A DNA stretch of 64,000 nucleotides, taken from positions 718,673 through 782,672 of the forward strand of contig WELB01000003.1 of NCBI GenBank assembly GCA_009602725.1, written 5' to 3'. Of this stretch, positions 12,071 to 25,329 are shown in pieces (within the stretch, counting starts at the first letter, position 1; each line of letters begins with the position of its first letter). Made by a program: the position numbers and the translations under genes. The stretch comes from Spirogloea muscicola (taxonomy: Eukaryota). The notes below the pieces were generated by a model, which was not told the DNA's origin, ran no database searches, and worked only from the letters and a program-made list of their open reading frames with translations.

Positions 12071-13295
12071 TGATAAGCCGCCTGCCGCGCTTGCCTGTCA
12101 TGCTAGAAGAGAAACAGATGTTAGTCGTGGTAGCCTGTCACTCTCAGTATACACTACGAGGACCGCCAGGCTCCTTGTTCAAGTCAATGGAGCTGGTAAC
12201 CACCGAAGACCTCCTTCCACCCTGCACAAAGAGGCCTCCCTCACCATGCAGTGCCTTGAATTTTAGATTGGAGACAGGGCGAGAGGCGATAGATTGAAAG
12301 CTACCCTTCCATGCTACTGCAAGCGATTGCATGGATAGAGGCGCCAATGTGCAATGTTGACTTTTTGGCAAAGAACACATTACACCTGCCTCAAGACTGA
12401 ATACATGTTGAGGGAGTCCAGTTGGTGTGGCCACTTCGTATAGCTGGCAAAGGCAGTCCGGGATATGACTTCCTAGTAAACTGAATGTTAAGATTGTAAG
12501 AGACTGACAACAGATATAGGACAGGAGGTTACTCTAGAGACTTTGATCACGTTCACAAGCAGCTACTGCTGAGCCCAAGGAGCTCACTACAGTATATCAA
12601 CAAGTCACACAGGCCCTACTGCTCATAGCGACGTCATTTGTGAGCTGCTCGCTATCTTACAAAAGGCCGCTTCTTGTAGCTAAGACATGCCAAACCAGAA
12701 GGATATATTTGAGTAGAAGAAGATCTACAGGAAGGGAAGGACCTGCTCTTCCCCAATTGTGCATTTCAAAACATCACAAGCAGCTGATGTTGCTAGCCTC
12801 CTAGAAATTTTGACCATCATCTCGCTGACCCTCAAGCACCCTAAGTTTGTACTTGATGGATGCTGAGTTCTCTGTGAGCTGCGCACAGGTCTAGTTTGTA
12901 GTATGGAATAAAGATAACGAAAATAATGTCATGAGAAAGATGCTAGTGCAGGACCATGTATGTCAACACTACAATGGGAAGCAACCATTGTGCTGAAAAA
13001 CAATCTCAGCTAGAGTGCGCCTGTCCCATCACACAACGTCCCGTGAATTGACTGTGCCCACAGAGCATTTACTAGAAGGTTTAACTGGTGCTCTATTCGG
13101 TTGTGTACCTTGTGAAGAGCTACCAAGAGTTGCATGTGCCACATCAGTCCATGTGACCCAAAGTCAGCGGCAGTGCTACATGCTAACGTGGCCTGATGGC
13201 AGCTCAGAGCAGAAAGAGGACAAATGAGAACTGGAGCGGCAAGAGGCGAGAGAAAAGAGACAGAGAGAGGTAGGAAACGAGAACATTTCCGGACC

Positions 13296-13998
13296 CTACT
13301 TCTTGCCGCCCTTCTTGGCGGAGCCCTTCTTCTTCTCGATGCGGATCTCGCCCTTAGTGAGCACCGGGATTTCACCAAGGCCCGAGATGGCGCCGTACCG
13401 CTGCTTGAACTTGTCCACGCGGTCCGCGTCCGTCACCAGCGTGGTGGAGTTGCCCTGGTAGAACGGGTGATTCCCCGACCACACGTCCACGACGTACTTC
13501 TCCTGCGTGCCGCCGGTCTTCATCACCAGCTCGCCGTTGCAGAAGACCTCCGCCTCCTTGAAGAAGGGCGGATGGATCCCTTCCTTGCGGCACACCACCC
13601 GCGCCGCGCCGCGCTCCACCTGCGGCAGTGGCAGGCGGTGTCAACGCCGAGCGCTGACGGCTGGCTGTCGAAGCCGGCTCCCGGTTCAGCAGTGCTCGTT
13701 GGCATCGAGGACGCAGCCGCTTTGCGGCTGCAAAGCCGTCAATGCGCTGGGCAGGCCTCGACGCAAGCCTTAACGAGGCTTAACGGGCTTGCCGGATGAG
13801 AGCCACCACGCTAGCATCGCTGTGTGCGACGCGGACTGCGGCATATGGTGCCGGAGCACTGACGACCGGCGAGCGCCAGTTGCGGACCTGCAGGCCGTCC
13901 CGCCGCCGCGCCACGCTGCCCAGGCCGCCGACGAGCGGCGACGGCGCCGCCGACGACGAGCGGCCGNCGGCCGCCCCGCCGCAGGCCGCGGCGGCCAT
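13296..13998 (-). CDS. RPL31: Plastid 50S ribosomal protein L31 (bL31c), nuclear-encoded, 2 exons
   Basis: Transit-peptide exon 13998-13888, then exon 13619-13296 RKEGIHPPFFKEAEVFCNGELVMKTGGTQEKYVVDVWSGNHPFYQG...DRVDKFKQRYG, which is typical of plastid L31. Confidence 0.93.
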
Positions 13999-14864
13999 GG
14001 CGGCGCGCGAGCCGCGGAGCGCGAGGGTGGTTGCCGACGTCGGCTAGGGTTCTGGGCGCTGCCAAGACGCGGGGCGACAACCCAGGACCTAGCGACCGTC
14101 GCCCGGCGACTCTTTGCGACCTCGCTTGGAAACTGCGACGCCGCCGTTTAGCTGGCATGCACCCCCACTACCACAAGCTTAGTACAACCTCCATCTTCCC
14201 ATACTGTATGGTGGTAACATGTAATATGTAATACGTAATGTGGACACTGCGAAGAAGGTGTAACACCAAGAAGGTGGTGATAAGCACCGCGAAGGCTCAA
14301 GCTGTTGCCTGTTACGTGATGTATTGACCCTTGTATGTGCCCATTCTCTGGGAAATGTCGTTGGAATACAATCATCGTCTCTAGAACTAGACAGGAATAG
14401 GAGACAACTAGGCTAACTACCTCTACTGAGTGCCATATCGTGACAGTGAGCCAATCGGACGAGCCAGGTCAGTACAGAACGTCAGTGTACAAGTAGTGGG
14501 CTGGCACGAATTTGACCGCGCATCACGAGACTGACGGTTCCGGAGCTCAAGCAAACACAGGGGGAACTTGCCCGAAACTCAACATTGACGACCACACAAG
14601 CTTAACATTAATGTCTGGCGCTCACAGGTTGTGAAAACGTTAATTAGAACCCCCCCGGTAGGTCGTCACGACTTCTACATTCCACAGGTAACAATTCAAA
14701 AACAAAATCACGACGGGAAACACCTGAATGACGCCGGGGGAACATGGCCCTTGGCGAGATACTGGAAGAATGGGCGGCCAGTGGGCAACATTGACCGCCA
14801 AGGCCCATGTATTGTGCTCAGCCCCGTAGCCTAGCCATTTGTCATTCCTGTTGGGGTTCCGATT

Positions 14865-15470
14865 TGAAAGTTACGTTCAACAAACTGCAGAACGTGAACA
14901 GCAGGTACAGGTTGTTGAACGTGGAAGACAAGGGCAGGGAGAGCAAGAAAATTTTCAGGTTATGGGCCCACCGGGCGGCTCGCGTCCTATTCTTAGCCGC
15001 AAACTATCTCGAGAGAAGCTGGACAGTATTGGAAGTTGAAGATGACAAGACTCCTTCAATATCAAGAAGTCTGGGATGCTGTAGAACCCAATGCAGTTCG
15101 TGGCTTGTGTCGGCCCACCTCAAGAGAGAATCAGGCAGCATCAGCAATTTTGATGGCAAACATATCTGATGAAGAGTTGATTGGTCTAGTCCATAAGCCA
15201 TTAGCCAGTCAGATATGGATCACTTGAAGTTCAAGTTCGACAATAGAGGCACTGATAGAGCATATTACCTTACCTCAATATGCGTCTCAGAGAGTGTAAA
15301 AAGGAAAAGGATGAAGGCATACAGGAGTTTGTGAATAGAGTGGAGGTCTTGGCACTGCAGCTACATGACATTGGAGCAGAAGTGCCAGTTCAGCATCAGG
15401 TTCTTGCCAATTATGATGGGACTGCCACCAGAGTATGCCGCTGTAAGGGATACAATCCAGATGTCTTGGA
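14865..15470 (+). mobile_element. Degenerate Ty1/copia LTR retrotransposon fragment (LTR end, PBS, gag)
   Basis: ...TTTCA followed by GGTTATGGGCCCA (14958-14970; half-tRNAiMet PBS of copia/Ty5 type). Interrupted gag: MTRLLQYQEVWDAVE...AILMANISDEELI...IWIT*...KKEKDEGIQEFVNRVEVLALQLHDIG (UBN2/Retrotran_gag_2-like). Confidence 0.8.
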
Positions 15471-16410
15471 CTAGTCTTCTCAAACAGGTTGCTTCCTTTG
15501 CTGCTCCAGTAGTAGCCATGGACTCTGCTTCTACAGTCGAAGTTGCTACAGTCTGCTGTTTTCGACTACAGACACAATTCACGAACTGCATTGGGTTCTA
15601 CAGCATCCCAGAATTCTTGATATTGAAGGAGTCTTGCCATCTTCCACTTCCGTACTGTCCAGTTTGTCTCTCGAGATAGTTTGGGGCTAAGAACAGGAAG
15701 CGAGCCGCCGGGTGGGCCCATAACCTGAAAGTTTTCTCGCTCTGCCTGCCCTTGTCTTCCACGTTCAACAACCTGTACCTGCTGTTCACGTTCTGCAGTT
15801 TGTACCTGTCCTCCATGTCCTACAGCCATCACTTCTATCTCGATGTGGGAGGACCAGCAGACCGTCCTCGTCTTGGCGCACATGCGGACGCGGACGCAGA
15901 CGCAGACGCACTCATGATCACAAAGGGTTCAGAGTAAAACGAAGACTTGCTTGATTACACACAGAGCCGGTGAGCACTCAGCTCCACCTGGCCGCACACA
16001 GAACTGGCAGGCACACATCGCCGTCTCGCCGCACACAGAGCCGCCGCGCACACAGCGCCGCCTAGTCGCACACAGAGCCGCCGCGCACACAGCGCCGCCT
16101 AGTCGCATACAGAGCTGTCGCGCACACAGCGCCGCCTCGCCCCACACATAGCCGCCGCGCACACAGCGCCGCCTAGCCGCACTCACAGCCACGAGATAGT
16201 TCGGGCCAATTATGCATGCAATCTGCCGGGGCCTCCCTTATCTAGGGAGACTCCCATCGGCCAAGCAGAAGGGGCGGAATGGGTGATCCTACCAAGCCAC
16301 TGATTCACCATATTTTTATATTCAACACTAATGTTGTTGCGCATTATCCGGTCCTCTGGCCGTACGCATTACGCTTGGGCATCGGCCCTCTGGTTGTTCT
16401 GCTGCTTTCA
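15470..16410 (-). mobile_element. Internally deleted Ty1/copia element (LTR, PBS, gag N-terminus fused to an RNase H fragment)
   Basis: PBS at 15725-15713; gag KLSRETNWTVRKWKMARLLQYQEFWDAVE; then copia RNase H motif SRKQQTVATSTVEAESMA...KEATCLRRL. Candidate LTR 16410-15726 bounded by TGAAAG...CTTTCA (boundary tentative). Confidence 0.75.
16010..16190 (+). repeat. Minisatellite, ~37-bp unit CACACAGAGCCGCCGCGCACACAGCGCCGCCTAGTCG, ~4-5 imperfect copies
   Basis: Directly visible tandem units inside the putative copia LTR. Confidence 0.8.
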
Positions 16411-16798
16411 TGACAGAACTCCTGAGCAATCAGCCTTGATCATGATTCATTAAGAAGAGGTTCCCCATCCTTGCATTAATATGCACTTGAGAAGTATGAC
16501 CAAGCCTGAACCATCACGTCTCAAGCCAGGTCATCTCCTGAGTCAATTTGACATGATATTGCACGACAAGGTCCATTTGAACTTGCTGTACAGGACCTAC
16601 CTAGGAGGGTACTCCTACATGGCCCAATAAGGATATATTGAGGGTCTTGCGATGGGGGGCAGCGCCGGCCAGGTTGGCACGTGCACATGCAACCAGTCTG
16701 ACCGAGTCCTGACAGAGATTGCATGCTCATGTCCACCACAACTAGCTTCAGAGCTTGTTGACTGTACATACTTCACATATGGGATGGCGCCCATGAGG

Positions 16799-19700
16799 TT
16801 ACGCTCTTTGGAAGAAGGATGTGATGGAGCGGGCCTGCATTGCTCTTACTTTCTTCTGCGGCAAAGCTGATCGGTCAACGCCATCTTCTTGCACGCTAAG
16901 CATGCTTGCAACAGTGTCCATACTTCCACTGTGCACGTTAACATACTTAGTTGGAGTCTCATGTGAGAGGCAGTGACCATCTAGTGCAGGCGCCTCACCA
17001 GCAACAAGGCAGACCGGCAATCTATCTATTGGACGCTTTTTACTGTGGCAGTCGCTACTTTCATCTACTGCTTCTGCAGAAGCTTCGGGAACCTCACAGC
17101 GGCACTCTTCAACAGGGCCTCTGAGAGTTGAAGATGGCTTTTTTGCAGGTGGGCTGCTGAGGTCTGCACCAAACAAGGACAGGAGGCTGCCACTGGCGTG
17201 GCGGCTCCTGAGCGCAGATTGCCAATCATATGCAACCTGGGGGCCGAGTAATGCCGCCAGATTCTTGGCGTTGATGATGGGCTGGTCCTCGTGGTCCGTG
17301 CCCCACATGAAGTACACAGGACCCTGGGCAATAGAGGTTATTGACATTGTTAAAATTCATGTCAGAAGGTGACACTTAACAGCACATCGTAGCTCCCAAA
17401 GGCTGCTGCAGATATTGACATGTTCGCCATGCATTTGAAGAGATTATAAAGGTAAGCTGCACAAACACAGTATCGGCAAATGAATGTGCTCAATGAAGTG
17501 CGACCTTGAGGGCCTCTGGCAGATTAGAAAGTCGTCTTTGCCATGTAGCAAGCTCATCCTTGGAAAGGACTCTTTTTGTACCCTGCCAAGAAAGTCAGGC
17601 ATGCCGGACCTTAAGAATCTCTAGTGCCAAAAGGAGCCTACACAAGACAGAGTCTGGTCATCTCTTTGACAATTGCCCTTTGTTAAATCTAATCCCAGCC
17701 CCCCGTGTGACAAGCATGATCATCTTCACCTCTCGCCGGTGGACTCGTACGTATATAGACTTCGGCTGCGTGACGGCCCAAGCAACTGGCAACACCTCTG
17801 ATACCTGCCAATGGCATAGTCAAGAACGCCACTCTGAGAGCTGTTAACTACCTTTGCTTAAGCAAGTAAGAGGGTCAATCAAGATCATCAAGGCGTTTTC
17901 ATGAGCACCTCTGATGGTCAGTATGGTGATGAATTGAAAGTGCAAAGTGCGATGGCCTGCTGGCTGACCTGGCCAGGTGGCAGGCCAGTCTGCTCACGAT
18001 CGCGCTGGAATGTTTCATGCTTCAGTTCATCCTGTCAATTGTAACAGGTATGTGTCTGACGTTTCCCCCAACATCAATGTGGCTCTGGCTACCAGAGTGT
18101 TGTGGCCGGGGGATGAGGGATAGCTGGCTCATTCACATCCTCGATTAAGCAATGGACCGAATGACTTACCGCTGCGATGAGTGTGATGCTTAATGATTGG
18201 AGGAACTCGCATGTTTCAGTCATGCAGCTTGTCACCCACTCTCTACACCGAAACTCCGCTGCCTGCACACCAAATGCTCGTAGACATCACATATGTCCAC
18301 TGTTTATGTGAAAGTCATCAAGTAGGTTCTCCAGACATTACCAAGTAGACTATTTGATGGATGCAAGAGGTGCTCTGGTAGAGTCCGCCCACCATCTCAA
18401 AGCGAGAGTCAAGGTGCTGCCGACACCATTGCACGTGGGCACGGCTCTCCTTGGTTGGCTTGAAGCCCAAGTGGAACTGATCAAGAAGCAACCAGCAGCA
18501 GAATCTTAGCTCGGTCTGCCTCACAAATGGTAGACTAGCAGGAGTGACTCCCCGCATACCATATCAGCATACATCACCCCGGATCAACTTGAAAAGATTG
18601 TTTCAGCGGCAGATGCCACGTCCTCGGCGTCGTGGAGGTGGTGAGGGAAAGAGAGACCTGGAAGACAATGCAGCCGAGAGCGTTGGCAATGTGCGCAATC
18701 CCCACGGTAGCATTGAAGCGGGCCCAAATTTCGTCCCTGGTACTCGCAAAGTCATATCAATCAGTGTTGGGCATGCATAACGTCGTGACTGCTGTTAGTA
18801 AAGAATCTGATCCCGGATGTCAAAGCACGTATCATCCAATCTCATCTAACATTGACACAGGGTGTGTGCAAAAGATTCGTCTGGACTGCTCTTGAGGTCA
18901 CAACCTGAGAGGCGACGGGAGGCTTTTGAGCGTGACCCGGTTGCCTTTAGATGGCGGCAGCTTCTCACGAATCCCCCTAGGGACAGAGTCCAGCGGGCAC
19001 GACTGGCTGCCAGAGGGCCCAGGCGAGGTTGTCAGGAGTCGCACAAATTGTGCCTCTCTGGCAGCTCTCTGCAGCTTTGCCGGCACAGGGCGAGCAACGG
19101 CAGACCTGCACAGCAGGCCAAAGGCCTTGAAGTGGAAGACGAAGCCACGGGGGACGCACTGCAGCCAGCGGGTGACAGCGGCGCGCCCCGGGATGGCGTA
19201 CGTGGACGTGTCCACCTCGACGCCTGGGGCTTGGCGACGGCCAAGGAGCGGCACTTCCGCCATCAGTTTGTGCACAATTCGGGTTTGCTTAGTGGCGGCT
19301 GCGCTGCCTTCCGGCTTGCAAGCTACAACACATTCCACCGCCAATCTCTCTCGCCCTGATGGCAATGCTCGTCCCAACACCAAAGAGCACGAGTTCTGGC
19401 GCTGACGGCTATCTTCACTTCCAAAGCGAAGTCCTACTGAGGCCTCGCCTTCAAGGCAGCATGCCAGTGAAGGTGCGAGCCACGGTGGGGTCTGGGAGCG
19501 GGCCAAAGGGGCGAACATGGGAAGTTGGTGCTGTAGTGGCGCAAGCGGGCCTCCGCGGAGCGCACGGAGGCGGGGTAGAAGCGGCCGCAACGCTGGATGC
19601 TCTCGTCGCTCCACCCTGTCGAAACGAACGGCACTTAAGCGGTCTTGCACGGCTCGTCTGGACGTCTGGACATGCTCCTGGAGGAACGGCCTCGGGGTAG

Positions 19701-19804
19701 CCGCTAAAACGTTCCGGGCTTTGATATTAACGGCGCTCACCGCAGGTTCCCATCAGAACCTTGCGGGCCGCGTCGGCGCTGCCGCCGCCGCCGGCGGCCG
19801 CCAT
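16799..19804 (-). CDS. DUF72 (UPF0759/YecE-like) domain protein, multi-exon, with C-terminal extension
   Basis: Spliced motifs VLMGTC|GWSDES...FYP...RLRHYSTNFPC|VEVDTSTYAIP...W...VPRGFVFHFKAFGLL, and GPVYFMWGTDHEDQPIINAKNL. These are hallmark DUF72 segments. Confidence 0.85.
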
Positions 19805-20630
19805 GCGCGCTGCCGCAGCGGTAGGCGCTTGTGTCGCAGCTGGGGGGTGGGGGTAGTTTTGCCAGCCTGCCTGCCAGCGTGGCATTGAGGGTCCACGTGG
19901 CATGCCAGGTCGGAAAACCAGCCCCCCGGCCCTCCCGCCAAGCAGCGCCGGCGGGCCGGGTATCCCGCATGCGCGGCAGGGCGAAGGCGGGAAGCGGGAT
20001 CCTTCCGGCTCGCGGACGTGGCGCCTCGCTGGCAGCCTCCCGCCAAATCGCCCGCGCCAGAATCGCCAGCGTGGCTCCCGCCGCGGCGGATAGGGGGGTG
20101 GCTCGTCGCTCCGCCGTCCCTCCTCCCCCGTTTCTCCACCTCCCTTCTCGCACTCCCTCCCCTCACCACCCGGAGCTCACAGCTAAATCTAGCCCCTTGC
20201 CCTCCGGCTCCTTACCCCTCCCCCTCAGCGCCCCCTTTCTCGCCCCAGCCCACCTCCGCAGGCCGAACCTTCCGGCTACACACCCCCCTCCTCCGCCGGC
20301 TGCCCCCTCCCACCTCCCTCCTCCGGGGCGCTTGCGTCTGGGCGCGGGCGACGAGAGCCTCGCCCCGCCCGGTGGCCCGACCTCCGCCTCGAGCCCCCAA
20401 CCCTTCCTGCTCCTAAGCCTCGCCAGTCCAGCCACACGACCCCCCGCTCCTTCCCCCTCCTCTCTCTCTCCCTCCATCTCCCCTTCTCTCTCGCTAAGCT
20501 ACCTCCCCCGCCCCCACGTCAAGCTCCGACTTGCGACCGGAAGACCCCACCGTCCTCTTTACCCGCCTCATCTCGGATGGTCATCATGGGTCTTCTGTGA
20601 AACTTAGCCTCCCACTGCCCGGCTCCCACC

Positions 20631-22688
20631 ATGGATGCTGCAGCCATTGCTGCAGCTTCCGCCACCGCAACTCTCGCTGCTGCGCAGGTGCGGGCCTCCC
20701 GCCAGCAGCGCCTTCCTTGCCACCAGGAGCTGCTGCTGGGCAGCAAGTGCACCTCCCGGCCTCCTTCCCTTCATGGCCTCAGCGGCAGCTGCGGCCAGCT
20801 GCGGCGCTTCCGAGCAACGCACGAGGTGGGCGACCGGGCCGCAGCAGCAAGCAGAAGGACAAGAGGCGCAGCGGCGACGGGCGGCGGCGGCGGCGGCTCT
20901 GGCGACAGCGGCGGCGCCGAGCCGGTGCTGGTCGACATCCGAGGTGAGCGCCGTGTGACAGCCGGAGCTACCTGCTGCCGGCAGCCATTGCCAGGGCGCT
21001 CACTAATGGTCCGCCTCCTTGGCGGTTGCAGAGATGCCGGACGGGAGCACCATGTACTTGTTTGCCGACGAGCGGCGGCCGGAGGCGGCCGCGGCGGGGG
21101 TCAGCCGCGGCGGGGACGCGGCGGCGGCGNNNNNNNNNNNNNNNNNNNNNNNNNNNNNNNNNNNNNNNNNNNNNNNNNNNNNNNNNNNNNNNNNGACGCC
21201 TTGCCCGGCAGCACCGCCCGCAGGGACAAGGCCGCCGGGGCGGCGCCGCCGCCGGCGCCGGCGCAGACTGCCATCGCCGACGTTGAGGAGGAGCCTGCCG
21301 AGGCGACGGGGGTGGCGGCAACAGTGGTGGGCGAGCCTGTGACTGCCGGCCGGGCAGCCGACAGGGCTGCATTGACGGCACTGCCCGGCGACAGCCTCCG
21401 CGACGAACCTGGCGACGTCGAGCCACCGACGGGCGATCAGGCGGAGCCAGCGGCAACAACGGAGGCGCCGGCGGTGGGCGCTGCTGCCGGCTCCTCTAGC
21501 GCCGCCGCCGAGGCCCCTGTGGCGCCGGCAGAAGCGCAGCCAGCCGACGAGCGGCAAGCTGGCAGCGCAGCTAGTCCGGCTGCGGGGCAGGTCTTGGAGC
21601 TACAGAGGCTCGCCGGAGGCAACGGCAGGTCGAGCGAGGCGCTGGAAGCGGCCTACGAAGATGAGGAGCTGCCTGCTGTGAGCAATGGTGGCGCTGCCAG
21701 CACCGAGGCCGGCGCTGATGCCGAAGCTCCACTGCGGTTGCTGCCAGACGAACTTGCTCCTTCCAGGCCGGGGACGGCGGAAGACGTGCGCAGCAGTCGT
21801 GAGCAAGCGGCGGCCTCGGCCTTGCGTGCCTCCATGTCAGAGGCCAGCAGCAACCAAGCTCCGTCCACCTATATGACTCCACAGGATGCACTGGCCGAAA
21901 ACAGCAGGTGAGCATACGGTCACGACTGGCGAGACCCCAACGCATACTTTGATGCCACATCTGCATTGCACATAGTCTGGTCATGAAGAGCTGGGCGGCA
22001 TACTTATATGTATATAAGTAGCAATATTTACAAGCAATATTTACACGCGCTCATGCCCGAAATTGTAAACACAGACTCAATCACCTCATGCTCACTTTGC
22101 ATGGTACGTGTGCCTTTTGCACTCATTGCCAGCAGCATGTCAGCAGCTTCCCCTGGAGTGGAGGTCTCGCAGAGATTCCTCAGTGACACTGGGAGAGCTT
22201 CAGATTATCAGGAAGCAGCCGTGCATAGCTCGACAGCCCCAGCAGCACCAGCGGCTGCACCTGCAGCACCAGCGGCTGCACCTGCACTGCCCTCGTCGGC
22301 AAGCCGGCCGGTCCTTGCGGGCTACATAGCATCGCTGCTACAGCAACGCAAGGGCCTGGCGTGGGCCCTCATCGTGCCAGTTGTGATCTTTGCGCTTGAT
22401 GGCGCTGGCAAGATCATGGGCGCGCTGGTGGAAGCTATAGGAGTCCACCCGCACAAGCAGTATGGCAAGCTGCTGCTTGCCCTCCCAGGAGTGGGCGAGC
22501 TCTGGATCGCACGCATCCTGCATTCGTCGCGGGTGAGGCTTTTGGCCTTGCTGAAGCGGAAGGGCAGGTCCAAGGAGGTTGAGCAAGATGAGCTTCAGGG
22601 TGAGGTCCAGACAGTTGCGGGCGCCATTGCGCGAGTGGCACTTGTGACTTTCGTGTTTAGCTCATTAAGTCGATTTGTAGTGAGTTAA
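20631..22688 (+). CDS. Uncharacterised protein: transit-peptide-like N-terminus, acidic Ala/Glu/Pro-rich middle, C-terminal hydrophobic segments
   Basis: ATG 20631 follows a pyrimidine-rich leader; splice sites at 20943/21031 and 21907/~22131; last exon contains GLAWALIVPVVIFALDGAGKIMGAL. A sequence gap at 21130-21194 limits certainty. Confidence 0.55.
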
Positions 22689-23489
22689 CTGTAGGTTGGA
22701 GTCAATGTTCTGCAACATCTTGTCATGCACTCCTTGCTCGACAAAAATGTGCAATATAACAGTTATAGTTGCATGTTTGGCGCTTCAGATCACTAGGAGC
22801 AAAGTTGCTAGTATAAGCCTGAAGCCAATGTTACCACTGCTATCTGTGGCTTTTCACAAGCCTTATCTTTTTACAACCTTGCGAGGCTTGAAGACCAGAC
22901 ATGTATAGGGTAGTGCAAGCAGCAAACGTCTTGCACGATGCATCGAAGCCCGTTGTGAGAGCTATGGCGTGAAGATATGCTCGCCATAGCTCTTAGAAAA
23001 TTGTGCTCAGCTGATGCGAGCAGAATTCTGGTGCATTCAGGATGGCCAGTCGGGTCGTGTTACGTTTTCTGCAGCATTCGGAGAGTCCCCGCCCTTCGTT
23101 AGCTTTCAACAGAGGCTCGAGTCCAGGCGTGTAGGGAGCTGGTAGCCACGAGGACTGAACGATCTACAGAAGCTGATATCAAAGAAAGTCCGGCACATGG
23201 GCATGCCGCATGTCCCCCGTGTGCTAGCTCCCGTCTTGGCTCTTGCTGACTGGCAAGTGTCGCCCACGCGTGTCCGTTCCTGCGCGACTGGCGCATCACA
23301 CTGCCTCTTGAAGTGGCCCACCGTCTCCATCTTCCAATGGCTCCGAACGCATGAGCATTGTCCACCTAGCCTAGCCGCCCCGCCGTGCGAGATACTGTGG
23401 AAGGTGCACTTTCATAGTCGAGGTCGTGGCTATGTAAGTCCAGCACGATGGCATGGCCGCGAGTAGTGAGAATCGGCTTGTGGTGTGGG

Positions 23490-23915
23490 CTTTCGGGCCC
23501 CTTCGGTGTGGGCTGGCTTTTCACAGCCCTCGCCCCCTTCTGTCAGAGCCTTCTTCTACGGCAATAGCCAAGGTGCTCATTTGCAGCGCTCGTCATGGAC
23601 TTGGCATGCTCTTGCCACGCGCCCGCCGTTCAGGAGGCGAGCCATGGTGATGGGTCACCTGGCGGGAAGGCCGCTGGAGCACTGAAGGAGAAGGGCGGGC
23701 GGTGCGCTTGACATTAAATGGTGGCCAATGTAAGCCGATACACTGGTCAAGCCAAGCTAGTGCAAAACGTGGGGGCTCCTTAAAACGAAGCCGTATGCGA
23801 AGGTGGCTAAGGTTGTCGCTGCTTAGCTCGTAGTTTGGCCCCTTCGAACCTTGTCAATTCTTTTCGGGCTGGCTTCTCACAGCCCTTGCCCCCATTGGGA
23901 GAGCCACTTCTTCTG
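23490..23915 (+). mobile_element. CRE-like retroelement 3'-end modules
   Basis: Exact hairpin at 23510-23529 with tail AGAGCCTTCTTCT; one-mismatch hairpin at 23866-23885 with TTGCCCCCATTGGGAGAGCCACTTCTTCT, near-identical to the copy at 63500-63558 (-). Confidence 0.65.
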
Positions 23916-25329
23916 TTACAGTGTGACGTCGGGACACATGAGCGGGGACGAGCGTGTTCGCATACACAAGTCTGACAGGCTAACATGGGGAGCCGGAGCG
24001 CCGCCATGGAGGCCGGTGGCCTGACTTAGAGCGCGCCTACAAATTGCCAGAGCTTGGGAGCGCTGCAGATTAAGCGAGAGCTGCAGTCTTACCCTTGGAG
24101 CCGTCGATCAGTACATCCGACCGTCCCCTGGAGCTGCAGAGCCCCCCAAAGCGGAGCCAAAGAGTACGGTGGAGCATCGGGTTGAGATAATGAAGGAGAC
24201 CCCGGCCCACGAGGAGTCCCCTTGGGCCGTCGATGAGTGATCAAATTGGACGTTCACAAGCGGCCCGTACTGCGCGCCGAGCACTGACGGAGCGGGGCCG
24301 CAGAGCCAGCGCGCCAGGTGGCGACGGCGGCGGTGTACGGACCACGGCTGTCGGTAGTCACGGCGGGAAACTCGGCGCGCCGAGCCGCGCGTGCGCCACG
24401 TCACAATACCAGGGGCGTAAGGTACGAGCTTGGGTGGGCCACGGGGTCCACGCCCATTTCCCCGTGCGCCGAGCCCGGGGGAGTTTCCGACAGCCACCCA
24501 GTTTGGCGGCAGCGCCAGATTCGTCGGCACCGCCAGTTTAAGGGGTCGCCGGGCGGGCGGCGCCTCCGCTTCCTCCGCCGCTAGTTTGGGGTGAGGCCTT
24601 GGCGGGGTCCGCGCGCCCCCGTGTGCGCCGCCGCGGCGGTCACTGCGGCGGGTCGCACCCTCCGGAAGCCGCTTTTACTGGCGGCCCCCACGTCCCGAGT
24701 CCCCATTGGAGCGCGCGCTCGGGGGAAAGCCGCCAAGTACGTAACGTCCCCAACCCCGGCCTCGCGGCGCAACCCTGGTCCACGGCGCCCGAAGAATCTG
24801 CGGTTTAGCAGATGGGGGCTGCGGCGGGGGGGCCTGGTCAGAAGATCTTGCGCTTGGCGTCCGGTCGCCAGGTGTAAGCGGCCCCCCCGCCGAGCGCACG
24901 GCCGGGGGGGTGGAGGGAGGGANGCCGAGGAGGCGAGGGCGAGAGCCCCAGAGCCCCAGCCCACACCGAGCTCTCTCTCCCCCCTCCCCCTCCATAAGAG
25001 CTCCTCCTCAACTGGCCCGTCTGCTGTCTCCCTCGGACCCACATTGCCGCCAGCAGCGCCTCGCTGCCCCGGCCTCGCCCAAAGCCGCTGCGCTTCGCCA
25101 CCGACGACCAGCTTGACGACCCTCATCGGCGTTCTCACTGGTACGACCAGCTCGCGCCTTTGGCTCTGGGCATCTCCCCAGCTCCCTGACCCACTTGGGC
25201 CGTGCCGATCGGCCATTCGCCAGCGGCCCCGGCGACTGCAGCTGCCTCGCCTGTGGCCTCGGTGCAGCGCCTGGAGCGTCTGCTTACCTTGCGAAGCTGC
25301 TGTTGCAGGCCTCCGGGGACCTGACAGCC

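Noticed and set aside
14310..14445. Possible short solo LTR (TGTTACG...CGTGACA)
   Set aside because: No second copy, clear PBS, PPT or TSD to support it.
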